DNA of 64,000 nucleotides from Escherichia coli (GTDB lineage Bacteria; Pseudomonadota; Gammaproteobacteria; Enterobacterales; Enterobacteriaceae): NCBI RefSeq assembly GCF_003790525.1, contig NZ_CP033635.1; one strand, 5' to 3'. Shown piece by piece: positions 56,602 to 64,000 of this stretch (position 1 is its first letter; each line of letters starts with the position of its first letter). The notes under the pieces were generated by a model. It saw only the letters and a program-made list of their open reading frames with translations, ran no database searches and was not told where the DNA came from. The position numbers and the translations under genes were made by a program.

Positions 56602-58698
56602 ATGGAAAAGCACGGAGCTGAATTGCTTTTACAGCGGATGTTAGGAAATACCACCGCTACTTTCAGGGAAGGGCAATGGGAAGCCATAGATGCAGTGGTT
56701 AATCAGCGGCGAAAACTGCTGGTTGTACAGCGCACCGGCTGGGGGAAAAGTGCCGTGTACTTCATCGCCAGTAAAATCTTCCGCGATCGCGGCGCTGGCA
56801 CGACAATTATCATCTCTCCTTTGCTTGCCCTGATGCGTAACCAGGTTGCCGCCGCTGAACGGTTAGGTATTACGGCTGAAACGTTGAATTCTACAAACAG
56901 GGAAGAATGGCAGCGCATTAGCGATAAGTTGCTGCAAGGTGAGGTCGATTGCTTGCTGGTTTCCCCGGAACGTTTGGCAAACCAGGACTTTATCGAAACG
57001 GTTTTATATCCTATAGCCGATCGTATTGGCTTGCTTGTGGTCGACGAGGCGCACTGCATCTCTGATTGGGGCCACGATTTTCGCCCGGATTACCGACGTA
57101 TATTAGATATTTTGCGCCAACTGCCTGCGAATACCCCTGTTCTGGGTACAACCGCGACAGCGAATAACCGTGTTGTTGAGGATATCCGTCAGCAATTGGG
57201 TGACATTGTGATTCAGCGTGGAACGCTGGCTCGCGAAAGTTTGGCGCTTGATGCCTTAGTCTTAGGAGAACAGTCATCCCGTCTGGCATGGTTAGCAACG
57301 GTTATCCCTCAGTTTTCCAAATCGGGAATTGTTTATACCCTGACGACTCGCGATGCTGAACTTGTCGCCGAGTGGTTAAGGAAAAATGGTATCAGTGCAT
57401 TTGCTTACTACAGCGGCGTGACTTGTGAAGGCGCGGAAGATTCTAATACTGCCAGGGAATATCTGGAGCAGGCACTGCTGGCAAATAAAATCAAAGTGCT
57501 GGTCGCGACGACGGCATTAGGTATGGGGTTTGATAAACCTGATTTAGGTTTCGTCATTCATTATCAGATGCCGGGGTCTATTGTCGGTTACTACCAACAG
57601 GTGGGGCGTGCCGGGCGTGCTATAGATTCCGCAGTTGGCATATTGCTTTGTGGTGGTGAAGACCGCGCTATTCATCAATTCTTCCGTGAAAGCGCCTTTC
57701 CTGCGGAGGCGCAAATTCATGAAATACTCAACGTACTTAGCGAGAATGACGGTCTTACCCTACGAGGCATTGAACAACGGACGAATCTTCGTTATGGGCA
57801 AATAGAAAAAGCACTGAAATTATTGGTAGCGGAAAATCCATCGCCTGTGGTGTATACCGAGAAATTATGGCGCAGAACTATCGTCAGTTTTTCTCCTGAT
57901 CATGAACGAATTAACCATTTGATGAATCAGAGAAAAAGTGAACTGGCAGACGTTGAAAGCTATATCACGACCAAGGAGTGCAAAATGCAATTTCTGCGCC
58001 GTGCACTCGATGAGCCAAGTGCCGAACGTTGTGGTAAATGTAGCAGTTGTCTTCAGCATCCGTTATTGTCGCCCGACATTGATAGCGGCTTACTCCATGC
58101 GGCAAATTTATTTATTAAACACGCTGACCTGCCGTTAAATCTCAATAAACAGATGGCAGCTGGGGCTTTTACTCAATACGGATTTAAAGGGAACTTGCCT
58201 GCGGGTTTACAAGGATCTACGGGGCGAATCCTTTCTCGTTGGGGAGATTCCGGGTGGGGAAAGCAGGTAGCACAGGAGAAAAAAACGGGGCGCTTAAGTG
58301 ATGAGCTGGTAGAAGCATGTGCGGAAATGGTTTGCCAACGCTGGAATCCGCATCCTGAACCAACCTGGGTATGCTGCGTTCCTTCATTAAGGCACCTCGA
58401 CCTGGTTCCTGATTTTGCCCGGCGACTGGCGGCGAAACTTGGCTTACCTTTTATTGATGCCATTGAAAAAGTCGTGGACAATCCACCGCAGAAAATGCAG
58501 CAAAACCGTTTTCACCAGTGTCAAAATCTCGACGGGGCGTTTGTGATTATCCCTCCTTTGATGCCAGGTCCGGCGTTGCTGGTTGACGATATCGTGGATT
58601 CTGCATGGACGCTGACAGTTCTGACAGCACTGTTACGCCAGGCAGGTTGCCCGACGGTTTATCCTCTTGCCCTTGCGTCTACCTCGGTAAAAAATTGA
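56602..58698 (+). CDS. RecQ-family SF2 DNA helicase with a C-terminal phosphoribosyltransferase-like motif; candidate PsyrT/RqlH-like toxin or defence effector
   Basis: 698 aa; Walker A GWGKS, RecQ-type motif II VVDEAHCISDWGHDFRPDY, helicase C-terminal motifs (QQVGRAGR); C-terminal LLVDDIVDSAWT resembles a PRPP-binding loop. Absent from the K-12 gntU-yhgN junction as I recall it. Confidence 0.8.
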   Translation: MEKHGAELLLQRMLGNTTATFREGQWEAIDAVVNQRRKLLVVQRTGWGKSAVYFIASKIFRDRGAGTTIIISPLLALMRNQVAAAERLGITAETLNSTNREEWQRISDKLLQGEVDCLLVSPERLANQDFIETVLYPIADRIGLLVVDEAHCISDWGHDFRPDYRRILDILRQLPANTPVLGTTATANNRVVEDIRQQLGDIVIQRGTLARESLALDALVLGEQSSRLAWLATVIPQFSKSGIVYTLTTRDAELVAEWLRKNGISAFAYYSGVTCEGAEDSNTAREYLEQALLANKIKVLVATTALGMGFDKPDLGFVIHYQMPGSIVGYYQQVGRAGRAIDSAVGILLCGGEDRAIHQFFRESAFPAEAQIHEILNVLSENDGLTLRGIEQRTNLRYGQIEKALKLLVAENPSPVVYTEKLWRRTIVSFSPDHERINHLMNQRKSELADVESYITTKECKMQFLRRALDEPSAERCGKCSSCLQHPLLSPDIDSGLLHAANLFIKHADLPLNLNKQMAAGAFTQYGFKGNLPAGLQGSTGRILSRWGDSGWGKQVAQEKKTGRLSDELVEACAEMVCQRWNPHPEPTWVCCVPSLRHLDLVPDFARRLAAKLGLPFIDAIEKVVDNPPQKMQQNRFHQCQNLDGAFVIIPPLMPGPALLVDDIVDSAWTLTVLTALLRQAGCPTVYPLALASTSVKN

Positions 58699-59900
58699 TG
58701 AATCTTTCAGCCAATGCACAAGCGACCCTCCTGCTAACCAGCGATTTTTCTCGCGCGGCGGCGAGTGAGTATAAACCTCTTAGTAATAGTGAATGGGGGA
58801 AGTTTGCATTATGGCTGAAGCACCAACGTATCAGTCCCGCCGATCTTCTGGTGCCGCAACCGCAAGAGAAACTTACAGGCTGGAGCGATCCGCGTATTTC
58901 TCAGGAGCGTATTCTTGGCTTGCTGGCGCGTGGTCATAGTTTGGCGTTGGCGGTAGATAAGTGGCAACGCGCCGGTTTATGGATCTTAACCCGCGGAGAT
59001 GCCGATTATCCCGTTCGCTTGAAAAACCGATTGCGAACGGATGCACCTCCCGTTTTATTTGGCTGCGGGAATAAAGCATTACTGCAAGCGGAAGGTATGG
59101 CGATTGTTGGCTCGCGAGATGCTCCGACTGCCGATTTGCGCTATACCCAACAACTGGCAGCGAAACTGGCCCAACAGGGGATTTGCGTTATCTCTGGTGG
59201 TGCGCGAGGTATTGATGAATGTGCAATGGCGTCGGCACTGGAGGCCGGGGGAACTGCCGTTGGCGTATTAGCTGATAGCTTGTTAAAAACGAGTACGTTA
59301 GTGAAATGGCGTGAAGGGCTTATAGCAGGCAACCTGGTGTTGATTTCGCCGTTTTACCCAGAGGTACGTTTCACCGTCGGCAATGCGATGGCGCGAAATA
59401 AATATATTTATTGCCTTGCTGAAAGCGCAATGGTTGTACGTGCGGGAATGACCGGTGGAACGATAACCGGGGCGATGGAGGCATTAAAACATCAGTGGCT
59501 GCCTGTGCAGGTTAAACCAAATCAGGATATGCAATCAGCCAATTCACGATTAGTAGAAAATGGGGCGTCATGGAGTACTGAACAGGCTGAGAATGTGACG
59601 TTCAGACTGCCAGACGTTACTGGGCTGATGTATGACAAAGCACTCCGTAACGCTCAACCAGAATTGTTTTCGCTGCACGAAGATGACGCAAATTACGCAG
59701 TGATGCCCTCGCATACCCCTGTCGATTTTTATCAACTTTTTGTGGCGGAACTGGCGATCCTTGCAAAGGAATCGATAAGTATTGAAAGGCTGGCGTCTTG
59801 TACTGGTTTAACCATCGAACAAATTAGTGTGTGGCTGAACCGCGCAGAAGAAGAGGGAAGGGTTATCCGATTGGGCGAAGGTCATTATCAGTTCAGGTAA
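58698..59900 (+). CDS. DprA/Smf-like protein (Rossmann-like DNA-processing fold); candidate PsyrA/ShosA-like antitoxin partner
   Basis: Start ATG overlaps the helicase stop (TGATG). DprA motifs VGSRDAPT...ISGGARGIDECAMASALEAGG...YPEVRF...AMARNKYI...TGGT. Confidence 0.8.
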   Translation: MNLSANAQATLLLTSDFSRAAASEYKPLSNSEWGKFALWLKHQRISPADLLVPQPQEKLTGWSDPRISQERILGLLARGHSLALAVDKWQRAGLWILTRGDADYPVRLKNRLRTDAPPVLFGCGNKALLQAEGMAIVGSRDAPTADLRYTQQLAAKLAQQGICVISGGARGIDECAMASALEAGGTAVGVLADSLLKTSTLVKWREGLIAGNLVLISPFYPEVRFTVGNAMARNKYIYCLAESAMVVRAGMTGGTITGAMEALKHQWLPVQVKPNQDMQSANSRLVENGASWSTEQAENVTFRLPDVTGLMYDKALRNAQPELFSLHEDDANYAVMPSHTPVDFYQLFVAELAILAKESISIERLASCTGLTIEQISVWLNRAEEEGRVIRLGEGHYQFR

Positions 59901-59903
59901 TAA

Positions 59904-59939
59904 AACAGGTGCCGCGTCTGGTTGTGTGCAGCACCTGTT
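59904..59939. terminator. Bidirectional hairpin (AACAGGTGC/GCACCTGTT) between the DprA-like gene and convergent yhgN
   Basis: 9-bp perfect inverted repeat filling the 45-bp gap; T-rich flanks on both strands. Confidence 0.6.
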
Positions 59940-59945
59940 TGAACC

Positions 59946-60539
59946 TTACCCCTTCATCCACATTCGAATGCCGTCGAGGAACATCTGAGTTGCCATCATC
60001 ACCAGAATCAATCCCATCAGGCGTTCAAGTGCATTCACCCCTTTCTCGCCCAGCAGACGTAAAAATAGCGAAGACTGTAGCAGGATGACAAAGGTGCCAC
60101 CCCAGGCCAGCAGCAGAGCAATTACCAGATGTCCCATCTGATTCGGGTACTGATGAGACAACAACATCAGCGTGGCGAGAATAGTCGGCCCGGCGACTAA
60201 CGGAATTGCCAACGGCACGATAAACGGCTCTTCACCTGCCGGAAGCCCGCTGCTATTTCCTGAAGCGCTGGGGAAAATCATCTTAATGGCGATCAGAAAC
60301 AGAATGATGCCGCCAGAAATGGAGACGGTTTCTGCTCGCAGGCTGAGAAATGCCAGAATTTTCTCACCCGCAAACAGGAACACCAGCATCACCAGGAGAG
60401 CAATAAGCAACTCTCGCACCATGATTGCCCGCCGTCTTTTCGGTTCAGTATGTTTCAGTACGGACATGAAAATAGGTAGGTTTCCGAGCGGATCCATAAT
60501 CAGGATCAATAAAACTGCTGCAGAAATGATTTCATTCAT
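59946..60539 (-). CDS. yhgN: MarC-family inner membrane protein YhgN
   Basis: 197 aa polytopic membrane protein; K-12 neighbour of asd. Confidence 0.88.
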   Translation of the reverse strand: MNEIISAAVLLILIMDPLGNLPIFMSVLKHTEPKRRRAIMVRELLIALLVMLVFLFAGEKILAFLSLRAETVSISGGIILFLIAIKMIFPSASGNSSGLPAGEEPFIVPLAIPLVAGPTILATLMLLSHQYPNQMGHLVIALLLAWGGTFVILLQSSLFLRLLGEKGVNALERLMGLILVMMATQMFLDGIRMWMKG

Positions 60540-60730
60540 AACTCAAATTCCCTGATAATTGCCGCGGACTTTCTGCGTGCTAACAAAGCAGGATAAGTCG
60601 CATTACTGATGGCTTCGCTATCATTGATTAATTTCACTTGCGACTTTGGCTGCTTTTTGTATGGTGAAAGATGTGCCAAGAGGAGACCGGCACATTTATA
60701 CAGCACACATCTTTGCAGGAAAAAACGCTT

Positions 60731-61834
60731 ATGAAAAATGTTGGTTTTATCGGCTGGCGCGGTATGGTCGGCTCCGTTCTCATGCAACGCATGGTTGAAG
60801 AGCGCGACTTCGACGCCATTCGCCCTGTCTTCTTTTCTACTTCTCAGCTTGGTCAGGCTGCGCCGTCTTTTGGCGGAACCACTGACACACTTCAGGATGC
60901 CTTTGATCTGGAGGCGCTAAAGGCCCTCGATATCATTGTGACCTGTCAGGGCGGCGATTATACCAACGAAATCTATCCAAAGCTTCGTGAAAGCGGATGG
61001 CAAGGTTACTGGATTGACGCAGCATCATCTCTGCGCATGAAAGATGACGCCATCATCATTCTTGACCCCGTCAATCAGGACGTCATTACCGACGGATTAA
61101 ATAATGGCATCAGGACTTTTGTTGGCGGTAACTGTACCGTAAGCCTGATGTTGATGTCGTTGGGTGGTTTATTCGCCAATGATCTTGTTGATTGGGTGTC
61201 CGTTGCAACCTACCAGGCCGCTTCCGGCGGTGGTGCGCGACATATGCGTGAGTTATTAACCCAGATGGGCCATCTGTATGGCCATGTGGCAGATGAACTC
61301 GCGACCCCGTCCTCTGCTATTCTCGATATCGAACGCAAAGTCACAACCTTAACCCGTAGCGGTGAGCTGCCGGTGGATAACTTTGGCGTGCCGCTGGCGG
61401 GTAGCCTGATTCCGTGGATCGACAAACAGCTTGATAACGGTCAGAGCCGCGAAGAGTGGAAAGGGCAGGCGGAAACCAACAAGATCCTCAACACATCTTC
61501 CGTAATTCCGGTAGATGGTTTATGTGTGCGTGTCGGGGCATTGCGCTGCCACAGCCAGGCATTCACTATTAAATTGAAAAAAGATGTGTCTATTCCGACC
61601 GTGGAAGAACTGCTGGCTGCGCACAATCCGTGGGCGAAAGTTGTTCCAAACGATCGGGAAATCACTATGCGTGAGCTAACCCCAGCTGCCGTTACCGGCA
61701 CGCTGACCACGCCGGTAGGCCGTCTGCGTAAGCTGAATATGGGACCGGAGTTCCTGTCAGCCTTTACCGTGGGCGACCAGCTGCTGTGGGGGGCCGCGGA
61801 GCCGCTACGTCGGATGCTTCGTCAACTGGCGTAA
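60731..61834 (+). CDS. asd: Aspartate-semialdehyde dehydrogenase
   Basis: Start at [15 protein letters not shown] (367 aa); active-site Cys in GGNCTVS. Confidence 0.95.
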
Positions 61835-61852
61835 TCTTTATTCATTAAATCT

Positions 61853-61870
61853 GGGGCGCGATGCCGCCCC
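61853..61870 (+). terminator. Hairpin after asd (GGGGCG/CGCCCC)
   Basis: GC-rich inverted repeat 19 nt after the stop; weak T tract. Confidence 0.45.
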
Positions 61871-62106
61871 TGTTAGTGCGTAATACAGGAGTAAGCGCAG
61901 ATGTTTCATGATTTACCGGGAGTTAAATAGAGCATTGGCTATTCTTTAAGGGTGGCTGAATACATGAGTATTCACAGCCTTACCTGAAGTGAGGACGACG
62001 CAGAGAGGATGCACAGAGTGCTGCGCCGTTCAGGTCAAAAAAATGTCACAACCAGAAGTCAAAAATTCAGTTGGATGGGGTGACACAATAAAACAGGAAG
62101 ACAAGC

Positions 62107-64000
62107 ATGTCCGATCGTATCGATAGAGACGTGATTAACGCGCTAATTGCAGGCCATTTTGCGGATCCTTTTTCCGTACTGGGGATGCATAAAACCACCG
62201 CGGGACTGGAAGTCCGTGCCCTTTTACCCGACGCTACCGATGTGTGGGTGATTGAACCGAAAACCGGGCGCAAACTCGCAAAACTGGAGTGTCTCGACTC
62301 CCGTGGATTCTTTAGCGGTGTCATTCCGCGACGTAAGAATTTTTTCCGCTATCAGTTGGCTGTTGTCTGGCATGGTCAGCAAAACCTGATAGATGATCCT
62401 TACCGTTTTGGTCCGCTAATCCAGGAAATGGATGCCTGGCTATTATCTGAAGGTACTCACCTGCGCCCGTATGAAACCTTAGGCGCGCATGCAGATACTA
62501 TGGATGGCGTCACAGGTACGCGTTTTTCTGTCTGGGCTCCAAACGCCCGTCGGGTCTCGGTGGTTGGGCAATTCAACTACTGGGACGGTCGCCGTCATCC
62601 GATGCGCCTGCGTAAAGAGAGCGGCATCTGGGAACTGTTTATCCCTGGGGCGCATAACGGTCAGCTCTATAAATACGAGATGATTGATGCCAATGGCAAC
62701 TTGCGTCTGAAGTCCGACCCTTATGCCTTCGAAGCGCAAATGCGCCCGGAAACCGCGTCTCTTATTTGCGGGCTGCCGAAAAAGGTTGTACAGACTGAAG
62801 AGCGCAAAAAAGCGAATCAGTTTGATGCGCCAATCTCTATTTATGAAGTTCACCTGGGCTCCTGGCGTCGCCACACCGACAACAATTTCTGGTTAAGCTA
62901 CCGCGAGCTGGCCGATCAACTTGTGCCTTATGCTAAATGGATGGGCTTTACCCATCTCGAGCTACTGCCCATTAACGAGCATCCGTTCGATGGCAGTTGG
63001 GGTTATCAGCCAACCGGCCTGTATGCACCGACCCGCCGTTTTGGTACCCGCGACGACTTCCGTTATTTCATTGATGCCGCACACGCAGCTGGTCTGAACG
63101 TGATTCTCGACTGGGTGCCAGGCCACTTCCCGACCGATGACTTTGCGCTTGCCGAATTTGATGGCACGAACTTGTATGAACACAGCGATCCGCGCGAAGG
63201 CTATCATCAGGACTGGAACACGCTGATCTACAACTATGGTCGCCGTGAAGTCAGTAACTTCCTTGTCGGTAACGCGCTTTACTGGATCGAACGTTTTGGT
63301 ATTGATGCGCTGCGCGTCGATGCGGTGGCGTCAATGATTTATCGCGACTACAGCCGTAAAGAGGGGGAGTGGATCCCGAACGAATTTGGCGGTCGCGAGA
63401 ATCTTGAAGCGATTGAATTCTTGCGTAATACCAACCGTATTCTTGGTGAGCAGGTTTCCGGTGCAGTGACAATGGCGGAGGAGTCTACCGATTTCCCTGG
63501 CGTTTCTCGTCCGCAGGACATGGGCGGTCTGGGCTTCTGGTACAAGTGGAACCTCGGCTGGATGCATGACACCCTGGACTACATGAAGCTCGACCCAGTT
63601 TATCGTCAGTATCATCACGATAAACTGACCTTCGGGATGCTCTACAACTACACTGAAAACTTCGTCCTGCCGTTGTCGCATGATGAAGTGGTCCACGGTA
63701 AAAAATCGATTCTCGACCGGATGCCGGGCGACGCATGGCAGAAATTCGCTAACCTGCGCGCCTACTACGGCTGGATGTGGGCATTCCCGGGCAAGAAATT
63801 GCTGTTCATGGGGAACGAATTTGCCCAGGGCCGCGAGTGGAACCATGACGCCAGCCTCGACTGGCATCTGTTGGAAGGCGGCGATAACTGGCACCACGGT
63901 GTCCAGCGTCTGGTGCGCGATCTGAACCTCACCTACCGCCACCATAAAGCAATGCATGAACTGGATTTTGACCCGTACGGCTTTGAATGGCTGGTGGTGG
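62107..64000 (+). CDS. glgB: 1,4-alpha-glucan branching enzyme GlgB (3' end beyond the window)
   Basis: N-terminus [22 protein letters not shown] and GH13 catalytic motifs; the frame stays open to the window end. Confidence 0.95.
   Translation, partial: MSDRIDRDVINALIAGHFADPFSVLGMHKTTAGLEVRALLPDATDVWVIEPKTGRKLAKLECLDSRGFFSGVIPRRKNFFRYQLAVVWHGQQNLIDDPYRFGPLIQEMDAWLLSEGTHLRPYETLGAHADTMDGVTGTRFSVWAPNARRVSVVGQFNYWDGRRHPMRLRKESGIWELFIPGAHNGQLYKYEMIDANGNLRLKSDPYAFEAQMRPETASLICGLPKKVVQTEERKKANQFDAPISIYEVHLGSWRRHTDNNFWLSYRELADQLVPYAKWMGFTHLELLPINEHPFDGSWGYQPTGLYAPTRRFGTRDDFRYFIDAAHAAGLNVILDWVPGHFPTDDFALAEFDGTNLYEHSDPREGYHQDWNTLIYNYGRREVSNFLVGNALYWIERFGIDALRVDAVASMIYRDYSRKEGEWIPNEFGGRENLEAIEFLRNTNRILGEQVSGAVTMAEESTDFPGVSRPQDMGGLGFWYKWNLGWMHDTLDYMKLDPVYRQYHHDKLTFGMLYNYTENFVLPLSHDEVVHGKKSILDRMPGDAWQKFANLRAYYGWMWAFPGKKLLFMGNEFAQGREWNHDASLDWHLLEGGDNWHHGVQRLVRDLNLTYRHHKAMHELDFDPYGFEWLVV

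Noticed and set aside
63331-63957. 208-aa minus-strand ORF
   Set aside because: Antisense within glgB, which is unambiguous on the plus strand.

Overview
This window is Escherichia coli chromosomal DNA covering the yhiL-yhiJ-yhiI-rbbA-yhhJ / nik / znt / fts-rpoH / liv / ugp / ggt / ryhB / gnt / asd / glgB region, in reverse-complement orientation relative to the K-12 map. All gene identities come from reading the translated ORFs and recalling protein families and K-12 gene order; no database search was run. Most of the window is conserved core genome with translationally coupled operons (nikABCDE-nikR, livKHMGF, ugpBAECQ, ftsYEX, gntRKU). Against that backbone, five places differ from K-12 as I recall it: (1) between gntU and yhgN, a two-gene islet encoding a RecQ-family helicase with a C-terminal PRTase-like motif plus a DprA-like protein, which resembles PsyrTA/RqlHI-type toxin-antitoxin / anti-phage modules and is the strongest candidate for the system of interest; (2) between yhhJ and nikR, where K-12 has rhsB, a hicAB-like toxin-antitoxin pair and a seven-gene galactitol-type PTS operon of unknown substrate; (3) an AT-rich pair of DUF4049 paralogs (yhiL/yhiJ) carrying motifs that look like a divergent PPP-type metallophosphatase site; (4) a 248-aa membrane-anchored helical-repeat protein inserted between livF and ugpB; (5) ggt directly abutting yhhY, without the yhhZ-yrhA-IS1-yrhB segment. 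Known regulatory elements are readable directly: the RyhB sRNA with its Fur box, the NikR, ZntR and GntR operators, the rpoH sigma-E promoter, REP/BIME repeats and several intrinsic terminators. No rRNA, tRNA, CRISPR array, IS element or integrase was seen.
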